IMG/VR virus record: IMGVR_UViG_3300017910_000414
Span: 1 to 52,921 of that record
Strand: one strand, 5' to 3'
Length of the DNA: 52,921 bases
Source of the DNA: a virus
Taxonomy: Duplodnaviria > Caudoviricetes
Shown here: positions 17,230 through 26,922 of the stretch, piece after piece
Position numbering within the stretch: position 1 is the stretch's first letter
Layout of the letters: the number at the start of each line of letters is the position of its first letter
The notes under the pieces: generated by a model
Database searches by the model: none
The model's input: the letters and a program-made list of their open reading frames with translations, nothing else
Told to the model about the DNA's origin: nothing
Program-made: the position numbers and the translations under genes

Positions 17230-17931
17230 ATGTCAACTGATAATAAGACATTTCTAGTCAACAATGGACTAGAAGTAGAGGGCGACGTTGTCGTATCTGG
17301 TTCTGTATCGGCTACATCATTTTTCGGTGACGGTTCAGGGTTAACTAACATCTCTGGAGGCACAGGCAGTAGTTTGTCTGAAACTGCAGTAGTTTCTCTT
17401 ATTGAATCTACAGTTGATGCTACATATGTGCAGACACGTCAGTCTGTCGATCAATTAACTAGTGCACAAGTAGAAACAATCATCGAACAGGTTGTTGATG
17501 CAACATATGTTGCTGCACGTGAAACCGGAATTGATCCAGTAGAAGTTCAAAATATTGTCGCTGAGGCTATTAACTTCAGACTTGCGAACTTAGAATGGAA
17601 TTTTTCAAGAACAGTATCAGCACCAAACTTTCAAGAAGGTACCCACACGTACTCATCTACAGTAGGTGTGTTACAACCAAGTCTAGGAAGTCTACAGACT
17701 CATTCTTTATCAGGCGCAACAATATATGAAGCACACACAAATTGGGAATCAGGTGAATCATTGACTCTACATGTTTCTAATAGTGGTGGGTATTCTATTA
17801 CTTGGCCTGCGAACGTTAAGTGGGTAGGAAGCGTAGCACCACTATGTACAACTGTTGGTGTGGTACACCTAATCAACTTCTGGAAAGTGGGTACTCAGTT
17901 ATATGGAGCATATGTTGGCGAGGCGTCGTAA
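17230..17931 (+). CDS. putative virion fibre/structural protein
   Basis: FLVNNGLEV, F.GDGSGLTNI and ITWPANVKW motifs typical of fibre proteins. Confidence 0.6.
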   Translation: MSTDNKTFLVNNGLEVEGDVVVSGSVSATSFFGDGSGLTNISGGTGSSLSETAVVSLIESTVDATYVQTRQSVDQLTSAQVETIIEQVVDATYVAARETGIDPVEVQNIVAEAINFRLANLEWNFSRTVSAPNFQEGTHTYSSTVGVLQPSLGSLQTHSLSGATIYEAHTNWESGESLTLHVSNSGGYSITWPANVKWVGSVAPLCTTVGVVHLINFWKVGTQLYGAYVGEAS

Positions 17932-18557
17932 TGAGATATCGATACCTTATGTCCGGTTCTCCGGTATTGCGTGTAGATAGTGCAACTGAAATTAATATAT
18001 TCTTTGATTCATCTGGTAGTATGGACTCATCACTCGTGCCATTACAACAGGCACGCGATACTTTATTGGCAAACCTACTGCTTCCATTCTACGGTAATGA
18101 TCTTGCACAGTATAATCAGCGCGTTTCATTTATCGAGAGATCGGACGAATTTTCTCTTCAGTGGGCTCAGACTTTGGGTTCATCGAATAACATCACAAAG
18201 GTGATTAATATTCTGTTTACCGATGAGAACTCTCCGTATGATCAAATGACCACGTTGGGTGGTCAACTATTAACCGATCTAAGCAATTTGAGAAACACTA
18301 TTGCAGGAACACCGAATGATGCATATTACCGTATGGTATTCTTTGCAGTCAATGGTGACGGAGAGTTTCAAACAAACGTGCAAAAACTATTTGCGGGACA
18401 GTCACCATTTGAATCACTAAATCTTGCTGATTATGTTACAGATGAAAAAGTTAGTTTAGTGCACGGTGTTTCCAACGGAAATACTGCAGAGTACTATGCT
18501 GGTCAAATCATTGACTCGATTAATAACTTGGGTTACTCACTAGATAACCCATATTAA
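17931..18557 (+). CDS. von Willebrand factor A-like protein
   Basis: IFFDSSGSM (MIDAS DxSxS) and ILFTDE; TAATG coupling. Confidence 0.6.
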   Translation: MRYRYLMSGSPVLRVDSATEINIFFDSSGSMDSSLVPLQQARDTLLANLLLPFYGNDLAQYNQRVSFIERSDEFSLQWAQTLGSSNNITKVINILFTDENSPYDQMTTLGGQLLTDLSNLRNTIAGTPNDAYYRMVFFAVNGDGEFQTNVQKLFAGQSPFESLNLADYVTDEKVSLVHGVSNGNTAEYYAGQIIDSINNLGYSLDNPY

Positions 18558-18578
18558 AATTTACTTAGGGGGTAAAAC

Positions 18579-18770
18579 ATGCGTTTACCAAATTGGTTAC
18601 AACACGATAAGGTGAATAAAGTGGATAATGGTCCAGATCCGTCAGATATCTCTGTAGACAATGCTTACAAAACGCGCTGGATTTGGTATCATACTATTCT
18701 TGCGCTTGAGCTATTGATGACCAATATTTTATTGTGTGCTATACTCGCAACACTTGCCATAAAGTTGTAG
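18579..18770 (+). CDS. small membrane protein
   Basis: C-terminal hydrophobic helix; directly upstream of lysozyme. Confidence 0.6.
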   Translation: MRLPNWLQHDKVNKVDNGPDPSDISVDNAYKTRWIWYHTILALELLMTNILLCAILATLAIKL

Positions 18771-18787
18771 TTGAGGTATAATATATT

Positions 18788-19240
18788 ATGTATCGTAAAA
18801 ATCGTGAATCTGTTTTCGAACAACTTAAAATCGACGAAGGAGTCGTTTATGAGATTTATCTCGACCATCTCAACTATCCCACGTTCGGTGTTGGACATCT
18901 CATCACAGAAAGTGACCCCGAGCATGGAGCTCCAGTCGGAACGAAAGTATCCGAAGAAAGAGTTGCAGAGGTGTTCGAGAAAGACCTCAACATTGCAATC
19001 AGAGAATGTCTTGTATTATACGGAGAACGGTGGTTTGATTTTCCGGATGAAGTCAAGGAGATCTTGGTCAACATGATGTTTAATTTGGGTAGACCGCGTC
19101 TGTCCAAATTTAAGAATATGAAAGCAGCACTAGATAAAGGTGATTGGGTAACGGCGGCCGCCGAAGGCCGTGATTCAAGATGGTACTACCAAGTAGGAAA
19201 TAGATCTGAACGGTTGATGACGAGATTAGAGAATGTCTAA
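18788..19240 (+). CDS. T4-type lysozyme (GH24 endolysin)
   Basis: LKIDEG...YLDHL.YPTFGVGHL, NMMFNLG, SRWY.QV..R..R. Confidence 0.9.
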   Translation: MYRKNRESVFEQLKIDEGVVYEIYLDHLNYPTFGVGHLITESDPEHGAPVGTKVSEERVAEVFEKDLNIAIRECLVLYGERWFDFPDEVKEILVNMMFNLGRPRLSKFKNMKAALDKGDWVTAAAEGRDSRWYYQVGNRSERLMTRLENV

Positions 19241-20081
19241 AAATGCAATATTCCAGTATATGATCGTGAGCGATGCGGTAGACGCTCGCGGTGGTATACA
19301 AGGTTGGGACGGCACACGTTCCGAACTTTACAAAAAGGTCGCCGATATTTCGCGTGAGTCATTTCAGGACTACGCAAAAAAGATCGGCGCAAAACACTTC
19401 TACTCAGATGAACGCGTGGTCACGAAAGGTCACGGTTGTTCTACTTCTCTATTGCACGAGTGCGCTCGTGTCTGGTTAGATCCTATCTTTGACGACTACG
19501 ACAATCTGCTATTCGCAGACACAGACATCGTCGTCAATACCGATGAAAACATTTTCGATGTGATGGAGTCTGGTGCGGATGTCTATGGCGTCCTAGAGTC
19601 AGATTTTGTCACAGCGTCTGGTGGTGGGTACAATTCATGGGACTACAAAGAGTCAACATACAATGACTTCTGTCGTAAATTCACTATGCACGACTGTCCT
19701 ATCGTTCCTGTGATGCCACCTAATCGTCCGTCTAAGATCATGATCATGAACACTGGTGTCGTGCTATGGACAAAAGAGGCGCGTCTACGTGCGCGTGAGA
19801 CATTCATGAATTGGGAAGACTGGTGTTACTCTGGCGACTTTCACATGTCTATCATGAACGATCAACCATATATTTCTGCACAGTTGATGAAGCATGACTT
19901 TGACGTAGAGACCATTGACACGACATGGAACGACAGTCCACACTATGCAACCGAAGAAGAGTTTTTCGAAAAGGCGAAGTTCTGTCATTATACAGGTGGT
20001 GAGTGGAAAGTTGACATGATACGTCACTGGGAAAAGAAGAAGTACAAGACACAACAATTTAAGCGAGCACTATTCCCGTAA
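19233..20081 (+). CDS. GT-A glycosyltransferase (nucleotide-diphospho-sugar transferase)
   Basis: YD.LLFADTDI (DxD), NTGVVLW, NDQ, WN, FCHYTG motifs. Confidence 0.8.
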   Translation: MSKNAIFQYMIVSDAVDARGGIQGWDGTRSELYKKVADISRESFQDYAKKIGAKHFYSDERVVTKGHGCSTSLLHECARVWLDPIFDDYDNLLFADTDIVVNTDENIFDVMESGADVYGVLESDFVTASGGGYNSWDYKESTYNDFCRKFTMHDCPIVPVMPPNRPSKIMIMNTGVVLWTKEARLRARETFMNWEDWCYSGDFHMSIMNDQPYISAQLMKHDFDVETIDTTWNDSPHYATEEEFFEKAKFCHYTGGEWKVDMIRHWEKKKYKTQQFKRALFP

Positions 20082-20635
20082 TGGACCTTGATCATTTAAT
20101 GTGGGAAGAAGATGGGTGGGGTTACCTGCCTGCCACAGAAGAAGTCTTCAACATCATGCGAGATGCGCTTGAAATCTCTGGGGCAACACGTTTATTTGAG
20201 ATCGGTTTCTACGCCGGACATTCTACAACCTATTGGGCTGAACTCATGCCAGAGGATAGTGAGATAACCAGCTGTTGTCCCGCACATCCCCGTGGAATCA
20301 AATACTCACAGATCGTTAAGGACAAGTACCCTAACGTAAGTGTACATCTAAAACCATCCCCTATGGTCTATATGGAAGTCGGCCATAAAGAATTTGATTT
20401 GGGATTTATCGATGGGTCTCATGAAACTGATCGAGCACTCACAGACTTCCTTCTCTGCAGTAAACTCAATATTCCGTATGTCTTATTCGATAATGCCGAA
20501 TGGGCGGGTATTCGTGAGTTGATCCAATATCTAGAAGCGAATGGACATGCACAACATGTTAAAGACTACAACTACCTAAGTGAATTCAAAGGGAAGCACA
20601 GTAGTCTTAAAATGACTTTGGTAAAAATAACATAA
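20081..20635 (+). CDS. class I SAM-dependent methyltransferase (Methyltransf_24-like)
   Basis: FEIGFYAGHST and FDLGFIDGSH motifs. Confidence 0.8.
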   Translation: MDLDHLMWEEDGWGYLPATEEVFNIMRDALEISGATRLFEIGFYAGHSTTYWAELMPEDSEITSCCPAHPRGIKYSQIVKDKYPNVSVHLKPSPMVYMEVGHKEFDLGFIDGSHETDRALTDFLLCSKLNIPYVLFDNAEWAGIRELIQYLEANGHAQHVKDYNYLSEFKGKHSSLKMTLVKIT

Positions 20636-20654
20636 CTTTTTTTGAAAATAAGTG

Positions 20655-20683
20655 TTGACACTACGTGGTACCTGTGTTAGAAT
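20655..20683 (+). promoter_or_regulatory. early sigma70 promoter
   Basis: TTGACA-17nt-TAGAAT with extended TG; same upstream AAAATAAGTG as 11813. Confidence 0.75.
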
Positions 20684-20709
20684 GTATTTCTAAGTGAGGA
20701 GATTAAACT

Positions 20710-20922
20710 ATGTTTGCTAAGCAACCCCAAGTTAAAAAGTTGTTTGAGGTTAAAAGTAAGGAGTATGGCATCTCTGCGAATATCATAGAATCGCCTAATC
20801 CTAAGTACAAGTATCGTCTGATTTTCATGGATGATGATTCAGTTCAGTCAATCTCAGTTGTATTTGGAGATAACTATGATCGATTTGTCGAGCGAGCGCT
20901 CGAATTCGTCAAGGAGTATTGA
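20710..20922 (+). CDS. hypothetical protein
   Basis: GAGGAG SD; 70 aa. Confidence 0.65.
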   Translation: MFAKQPQVKKLFEVKSKEYGISANIIESPNPKYKYRLIFMDDDSVQSISVVFGDNYDRFVERALEFVKEY

Positions 20923-20923
20923 T

Positions 20924-21094
20924 GTGGAATATACAATAAAAAATCAAGATCTAATCCAAGAGTTGGTTAATCACTACATTTATGGGGCATCCAATCCCGA
21001 TTGGGCTAATCTACAAGTTGCCCTATATGACTACGGTTATACAATAGGTGAAGTTTACAACATTCTACGGGATGTACGAGATGGTGCGTTTTGA
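20924..21094 (+). CDS. hypothetical protein
   Basis: AAGGAG SD before GTG 20924. Confidence 0.55.
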   Translation: MEYTIKNQDLIQELVNHYIYGASNPDWANLQVALYDYGYTIGEVYNILRDVRDGAF

Positions 21095-21666
21095 TGCGAG
21101 ATAAAGTTATACTTGTAGATTGTGACGGGGTGTTACTTGATTGGATGTATGCATTTCAACAGTGGATGAAGCGTCACAACTATATGATCAAAAACCCAGA
21201 CGTGTATGACGTAGGTATCATGTACGGTCTGGAACGCAACGAAAAGCGACGACTCTGTCGCATGTTCAACGAGAGTGCGACGGTTCGAAAGATACCACCA
21301 CTCCGTGACGCAATCAAGTACGTCCGTAAATTACACGAAGAGCACGGGTATGTGTTTCACGCAATCACTTCTTTGAGTAATGATGAATACGCGCAACACC
21401 TGCGTACCAAGAATCTTCAAGAACTCTTTGGCCCAACCGTCTTCGAGAAGTATGTGTATCTAGACACGGGAGCGGACAAAGACGAAGAGTTAGAGTTCTA
21501 TAGCAACACAGGATGCCTGTGGGTAGAAGACAAGGTAGAGAATGCCATCGCTGGAGCGAAGGTAGGTCTGGAGTGTATTGTAATGGAGCATGGTTACAAC
21601 CAAGACTGTGACTTTCCATTAATGAGAAATTGGAAAGATATATACGAGTACATCGAAGGTAAGTAA
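21094..21666 (+). CDS. HAD-family 5'-nucleotidase-like protein (T4 gp30.2-like)
   Basis: ILVDCDGVLLDW motif I; WVEDKVEN motif. Confidence 0.85.
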   Translation: MRDKVILVDCDGVLLDWMYAFQQWMKRHNYMIKNPDVYDVGIMYGLERNEKRRLCRMFNESATVRKIPPLRDAIKYVRKLHEEHGYVFHAITSLSNDEYAQHLRTKNLQELFGPTVFEKYVYLDTGADKDEELEFYSNTGCLWVEDKVENAIAGAKVGLECIVMEHGYNQDCDFPLMRNWKDIYEYIEGK

Positions 21667-21687
21667 TCCCGCTCAAGGTAGCATGTC

Positions 21688-21713
21688 GGGGGGTCTTCGG
21701 GCCCCCCTTTTTT
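21688..21713 (+). terminator. Rho-independent terminator
   Basis: GGGGGGTC-TTCG-GGCCCCCC-TTTTTT. Confidence 0.9.
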
Positions 21714-21715
21714 AT

Positions 21716-21723
21716 TATAAATA
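21716..21723 (+). promoter_or_regulatory. T4-type late promoter
   Basis: TATAAATA directly after terminator, before the carbamoyltransferase. Confidence 0.8.
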
Positions 21724-21750
21724 ATAATTTAGATTTATTGTGGACGTAAA

Positions 21751-23268
21751 ATGAAGTACGTAGGATACAGCGAATATTATCATGACGCTGGTTTCGCTAT
21801 TATAAATGAAGATGGTGTCGTAGAGTTTGCTACTCATGGAGAGCGTTACTCCAAGAAAAAGAATGATCCGCATCTTCCAGAAGAACTGTGGAATATGGTA
21901 GGCGAAAATGACCATCTATCATTCTATGAAGATCAAACCCTAAAGTTTGATATGCGTGGTGGCATCGAGGTCAAGGGTGATACCTCTCACATCAAGGATA
22001 GACCGGACACCGCCGAAGAAACCTTTAATCGTCTCATCATCCCTAACGCGCAACACTTTGATGTGAACCACATGCACCACGAGTCGCATTGTGCATCTGC
22101 GTTCTACACGCGTCCGTGGGCCTCTGCAGAAGACACTGTCCTAGTATCGATCGACGGTGTAGGCGAGTTGCAAACTGCGACCATCATGGATCACAACTTC
22201 AACCTTATCAAAGAGTGGCACTATCCGAAGTCAGTCGGTCTGGTGTATACGACCACAACCAAAATGTTAGGGTTACGTCCTCTCGAAGATGAATACGTTG
22301 TGATGGGTCTATCAGCATATCACGAGACTGACGAAGAGTCATGGGCCATCACGCAGTGGTTGATTGACTGGTATGACAACCTTGAAGACATCGCGCCTGA
22401 GATCGCGGAAGGTATTGCGGTTGGAATAGAATCATCTCCCCGTGAAAAAGCTCGTCGAAAATGGAGACAAGAATTTAAAGAAAAAATTTTGGCAGTTGAA
22501 GATAAAGTTGCCGCTCGTGCAACTCAAGATTTTGCAGACTATGCCATCATGGGTATAATGCAAGAAGCTGCTAAATATGGTAAGAAGTTGTGTTACTCTG
22601 GGGGGTGCGCACAGAACGTCGTAATCAACTCTCGTTTGTTTGAGTTGTTCGACGAAGTGCACATTGCAGTATCACCAACGGATGCTGGTTCAGGTCTAGG
22701 TACTGCCGCACGTTCATGGGCAAAAGCAACAGGTAAGGATAAACTTATTTGGAGTCCATATGCGGGATACAATATCAATACTCCTATTAATCCCAGTGCT
22801 GTGGTTGATCACCTGCTCGAACATCGCTATTGCGGTATTGCTAATGGAAGGGCTGAGTTTGGCCCTCGCGCACTTGGCAACCGTTCCCTTATTGCTGATG
22901 TAAGGTATGACGTACAGGATACGGTTAATACAATCAAACGCAGACAGAAGTACCGTCCGTTCGCACCTGCGATTCTCGAAGAGTTTGCAGACGAATACTT
23001 CGACGGACCAATGAACGAGTACATGCAGTTCACCTCGTGGGCTAAACATGACTATGCACCAGTGACTCACGTCGATGGTTCTGCTCGTGTGCAGATCGTA
23101 CGTAAAGACTGCGAGTCAGTGTTCCGTAAGGTCATTGAAGAATATTATGATCGTACTGGGGTGCCGATGTTACTAAATACTAGTTTAAACATACGCGGCA
23201 GACCAATGGTCAATGACGAACATGACCGTGAGCTGTGGGAACAAAAATACGACGTTAAGGTCTTCTAA
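21751..23268 (+). CDS. O-carbamoyltransferase (NodU/CmcH/TobZ family)
   Basis: YHDAG, ERYSKKK, HHESHCASAF, IDGVGE, SGGCAQN, EFGPRALGNRS, RPFAP, HVDGSARVQ, NTSLN. Confidence 0.93.
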   Translation: MKYVGYSEYYHDAGFAIINEDGVVEFATHGERYSKKKNDPHLPEELWNMVGENDHLSFYEDQTLKFDMRGGIEVKGDTSHIKDRPDTAEETFNRLIIPNAQHFDVNHMHHESHCASAFYTRPWASAEDTVLVSIDGVGELQTATIMDHNFNLIKEWHYPKSVGLVYTTTTKMLGLRPLEDEYVVMGLSAYHETDEESWAITQWLIDWYDNLEDIAPEIAEGIAVGIESSPREKARRKWRQEFKEKILAVEDKVAARATQDFADYAIMGIMQEAAKYGKKLCYSGGCAQNVVINSRLFELFDEVHIAVSPTDAGSGLGTAARSWAKATGKDKLIWSPYAGYNINTPINPSAVVDHLLEHRYCGIANGRAEFGPRALGNRSLIADVRYDVQDTVNTIKRRQKYRPFAPAILEEFADEYFDGPMNEYMQFTSWAKHDYAPVTHVDGSARVQIVRKDCESVFRKVIEEYYDRTGVPMLLNTSLNIRGRPMVNDEHDRELWEQKYDVKVF

Positions 23269-23429
23269 TGAAACACCTGAAAGAGATTGAACTAAGTTAC
23301 TTCGAACATTTGAGAAGGGCTTGGACAATCTCTTTCGTTTCTTTCGTACACGGATTGTGTCCTTGGATATGGGAGACTAAGGCGAAAGAACTCATCAATG
23401 GAGACCCAAAAGATTTTAAGGTGAAGTGA
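23268..23429 (+). CDS. small hypothetical protein (53 aa)
   Basis: Manual translation MKHLKEIELSYFEHLRRAW...VHGLCPW; TAATG coupling. Confidence 0.65.
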   Translation: MKHLKEIELSYFEHLRRAWTISFVSFVHGLCPWIWETKAKELINGDPKDFKVK

Positions 23430-23701
23430 TGAACGAAGAGTTTATCTGTCCGGAAGACTTGGTTTGCATTGATATAGAAACATGGAGCGCTATCGTAGAA
23501 GAATACGATCTGGCGTTAGAAATGACTACACCAGATGTTACGAAAACAAGTGACGTACAAGCTATCGTAGATCTTTCGTGGGAACTGTTGTTCCTTACTC
23601 CGTGGGAGTTAGTTTACATTGGTCTACCGATGAGTGTATTGGCATTCTATGGTCTATCAATATACGCAATATTTAAATGGATACAAAAGAGGTTTAGTTG
23701 A
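23429..23701 (+). CDS. membrane protein
   Basis: C-terminal hydrophobic helix. Confidence 0.6.
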   Translation: MNEEFICPEDLVCIDIETWSAIVEEYDLALEMTTPDVTKTSDVQAIVDLSWELLFLTPWELVYIGLPMSVLAFYGLSIYAIFKWIQKRFS

Positions 23702-23702
23702 T

Positions 23703-24035
23703 ATGACCGAAGAAGTTATTCCAACACCTATCAAAAAGAAAATAGAATTAGAAGTCGAGTTTGATACAACACAAAAAGAGATAAAGCCTAGCAGGTTTCA
23801 GGGGTTATTAGAATTTGCGGACGTAATCGATGCGTATCGAGTTTTCCCGCGAGCCTTCATTGGAACTTACTTGTACCTACTCATTGAAACTGCTCAATGG
23901 TTTATGACTATACCTGAACCAAACGCATCTCAGGCAGGTCTTATCTCTGTTGTGGTTGGTGCTGGAGCTGCATGGTTTGGTTTGTATACGTCTACGGGAT
24001 CAGCACGTAAAGTAAAAAGTATTAAGACGAACTGA
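23703..24035 (+). CDS. two-TM membrane protein, holin candidate
   Basis: DAYRVFPRAF...QAGLISVVVGAGAAWFGLY; basic C-terminus; GAGG SD. Confidence 0.6.
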   Translation: MTEEVIPTPIKKKIELEVEFDTTQKEIKPSRFQGLLEFADVIDAYRVFPRAFIGTYLYLLIETAQWFMTIPEPNASQAGLISVVVGAGAAWFGLYTSTGSARKVKSIKTN

Positions 24036-24910
24036 TGAGACCATCTGAACTCGTAACTTGGCGCGGTACGCCAGGCGTTGGAGATTTTATGTGGGCGTTA
24101 AACTCCGCTCACAGGTATGCAGCAGATTATAATATTAGAAAGATAAACTTAGAGTTTCATTGGGAACATGGTAAAGATTACTTACATCACTTTGAAGATC
24201 CAGAAACTATTATCGAGCGATGTGACTACATACACAATTTCTATCATCAAAAGGAACGTGTAGAGATTCATCATTGTTTTGAGGCACAAGGTCGTTATCT
24301 AGATTGGAAATACTCCGACGATGTCGTGCATGAAGATGGTACGAATCGCGTTGCAGCAAAAAACATTAATAAAAACAGATTTTGGTTTGAAAGCGACGTA
24401 TACAATGATAGCCCAGGAAGTCCAGCCCCCAACAATGATTGGATTTTCCGTGAGGACGCATTTAAAGACTATAGTCCGAATCGTATCGTATTCTGGCGAC
24501 CAACATGGAACGCAGAAAAACCACGTACTTGGAAGCGACTATTCGAGAATGATCATTGGGAAGAACTGATATTGTACTTCAAGACGTTAGGGTTTGAGAT
24601 GCATGAAATCTCGTATCGAACACCCGCATCCGAAGCGATGTACCTTATCTCTACCGCACGGATGGTTATATGCTACGATGGTATCTGGCACTACGTCGCA
24701 AAAAACTTTGCACGACCACTTGCCGTAATCTCTGGTGAAGGTGTGACTAAATACCATACACCGAATGCGCTTAGATTAAACCCTGAGTCGCACTATGATG
24801 ATCGAAACGTCTGGTGGTGGTTAGATAACGTAGGTGATCTGTTAGGTCACACAAAAAATAAAGCAGTTGACTATGAAGATAGGATGAAGCAATACTATGG
24901 AAATGACTAG
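24035..24910 (+). CDS. GT-B (family 9-like) glycosyltransferase-like protein
   Basis: N-terminal GVGD; C-terminal ICYDGIWHYVA..FARP.AVI resembles the GT9 DSG.MH.A.A...P motif. Confidence 0.55.
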   Translation: MRPSELVTWRGTPGVGDFMWALNSAHRYAADYNIRKINLEFHWEHGKDYLHHFEDPETIIERCDYIHNFYHQKERVEIHHCFEAQGRYLDWKYSDDVVHEDGTNRVAAKNINKNRFWFESDVYNDSPGSPAPNNDWIFREDAFKDYSPNRIVFWRPTWNAEKPRTWKRLFENDHWEELILYFKTLGFEMHEISYRTPASEAMYLISTARMVICYDGIWHYVAKNFARPLAVISGEGVTKYHTPNALRLNPESHYDDRNVWWWLDNVGDLLGHTKNKAVDYEDRMKQYYGND

Positions 24911-25883
24911 AGACACATTTCAAATTGACCGCGCAGTAATCGAGGTTGCGGGTGGATGTAATTATTCATGCAGTATGTGTCCACAAGATTTACGCGAAGG
25001 TGGCCGACACAGAGGTTTCCGTCGTATTATGAAGCTAGATGAGTTTGAAAAGTACGTCGCCGACTGTGCACAGTATGGGTTGAACGTTGTCAACTTAGAC
25101 GGGTCTGGTGAAGCAACGATGGCAAAAAATCTACCTGAATACATCAAGGTAGTGAAGAAGTATGGAGCGAAATGCTTCATCTTCTCAAACGGATTCAAGA
25201 TGGAAGGTCAGTACATGCGCGATTGTGTCGATGCAGGACTGGACTTCTATCGATTTTCATTTATTGGTTCAGATGAGAAAGACTATACCAAGTGGATGTA
25301 CAATGCTGTGGGTGGTCACTATGCTAAAATCAAGCGCAACATTCAAGAGATGGTTTCTTATGTAAACGAATCTGGCGCAGATTGTGTGGTGTCCACCTAT
25401 CACTTGATTACAGATAATGACAACATCGATGAAGAACTAGAGAAGTACAAAGCTCTAGTCGATGAGTTAGGTGTAAAGACAGAAATTTGGAAGATGCACA
25501 ACTGGTCAGGTGTTTATGATATCGGTGAAAATGCACGTGAAGGTAAAGTCAAGACGTGCGGTCGTCCGTTCTCTCCAGACGTAGTAATACGTGCAGGCGG
25601 ATTAGAAGGACAAACAGGTGCAGTGCATCCATGCTGTCAGGTACTTGGACGTGACGAAGAGGCCGTTCTAGGTCATTGTTCTGAAGATAACATTCTTGAT
25701 ATTTTCTTTGGTGAAGAGTACGAGACTCTGCGTGAGCAACATCGTACTGGGGACTATCCAGATTTTTGTAAGAACTGTGACTTCTTAATTGATGATCCAG
25801 AAGTGTTGGTCTACACTAATCATGAACGTGATTTGATGAAAATGCATGGAACTAATTTCACACTTAACGATTATAGGGAGTAA
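24897..25883 (+). CDS. radical SAM protein with SPASM/Twitch domain
   Basis: CNYSCSMC; GSGE; C-terminal C.RPF...PCC...LG...C..C. Confidence 0.9.
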   Translation: MEMTRDTFQIDRAVIEVAGGCNYSCSMCPQDLREGGRHRGFRRIMKLDEFEKYVADCAQYGLNVVNLDGSGEATMAKNLPEYIKVVKKYGAKCFIFSNGFKMEGQYMRDCVDAGLDFYRFSFIGSDEKDYTKWMYNAVGGHYAKIKRNIQEMVSYVNESGADCVVSTYHLITDNDNIDEELEKYKALVDELGVKTEIWKMHNWSGVYDIGENAREGKVKTCGRPFSPDVVIRAGGLEGQTGAVHPCCQVLGRDEEAVLGHCSEDNILDIFFGEEYETLREQHRTGDYPDFCKNCDFLIDDPEVLVYTNHERDLMKMHGTNFTLNDYRE

Positions 25884-25885
25884 CT

Positions 25886-26089
25886 ATGTTTAATTTTTCA
25901 GCAGTATCAGTGTACGCATCCTTGGCAAAGTCTTGGATTAAGGCGCGCTTGGGTGAACGTACCACATACGACGGTGTAGTAATCGTTGCTGTGTGTGGTA
26001 GCTACATTATTTTTGATTCTATTATTACTGTTGGTGCCTATGCAGGTATAATTTATGGCCTTTGGACCATTTACAAAGAGCAAAAATAG
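25886..26089 (+). CDS. small membrane protein
   Basis: WIKARL.ERTT.DG...AYAGI.YGLWTI.K.Q; GGGAG SD. Confidence 0.65.
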   Translation: MFNFSAVSVYASLAKSWIKARLGERTTYDGVVIVAVCGSYIIFDSIITVGAYAGIIYGLWTIYKEQK

Positions 26090-26097
26090 TATAAATA
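26090..26097 (+). promoter_or_regulatory. T4-type late promoter
   Basis: TATAAATA. Confidence 0.75.
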
Positions 26098-26149
26098 TAA
26101 TCATCTAATCGCATTAGACCTAGTCTAACAACAAGGGAAAAATATAAAA

Positions 26150-26851
26150 ATGGCAGAAGTACATTCACTAGTATCTCTAAACGACAGCTTTTTAGTAGGT
26201 CAGGCTTGTTCAGGTGCAAACTTTGTTCAGAACATGTACGGAATGTATGTTCGAGCAGCTCAAGCACTAGACACCGACGCTTCTAATCTAGCAATCGCGG
26301 CTACCGCTCATAACTATCTTTGGAAGCCACTCATCTCAACTTCACTTGGTCATTCGCCTGCGGATGATTGGTCACTGACTACTGATTCATTATTCGATGT
26401 TCCGACATCTAACTTCTTTCTTATGACTCGTGACTATAGAGATTCTTTAGTCCAGACATGGAAAACGTTTGCACCGGAATTATCATGGGATCAGTTCCGT
26501 GCAAGCACTATGGGTTTTAGCATGGTTGCTGAGTATGAAGCAAACATTTCAGAAATGTCGTTTTCTTGTAAATTCTCATACGAAGAGTTTGTCAAAGAAC
26601 CACAAGTCGGATTAACAAAGTTAGTAGACCTTCTTACTCCGCGCCAAGATAATCCAGAACTTAATACCTTTGGTCAACCAAGGAGAGAAATCTCTATAGA
26701 TTTAATCGACTTTGTTGTACAAGAATCTCAGGTTCGTGATCTACGCGAAGGTGCCGTCGAAAAGGGGTTACTAGACGCAGTGGGTGTATACAAGCACTTC
26801 TTAAATAGAGAGCAGATCGAAGAGATCGATGAGTTTATTGCATCTTTGTAA
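26150..26851 (+). CDS. sulfotransferase-fold protein (degenerate PAPS loop)
   Basis: ACSGANFV, TRDYRDSLV, SYEEFVKEP, VGVYKHFLNREQIEEI. Confidence 0.6.
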   Translation: MAEVHSLVSLNDSFLVGQACSGANFVQNMYGMYVRAAQALDTDASNLAIAATAHNYLWKPLISTSLGHSPADDWSLTTDSLFDVPTSNFFLMTRDYRDSLVQTWKTFAPELSWDQFRASTMGFSMVAEYEANISEMSFSCKFSYEEFVKEPQVGLTKLVDLLTPRQDNPELNTFGQPRREISIDLIDFVVQESQVRDLREGAVEKGLLDAVGVYKHFLNREQIEEIDEFIASL

Positions 26852-26874
26852 GATTTAAGACTCAACTATATAAG

Positions 26875-26907
26875 AGACGGGATGGGAAACCTACCCGTCT
26901 TTTTTTT
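26875..26907 (+). terminator. Rho-independent terminator
   Basis: AGACGGG...GAAA...CCCGTCT followed by a T-run. Confidence 0.85.
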
Positions 26908-26922
26908 ATCTGAGGTTTTATC

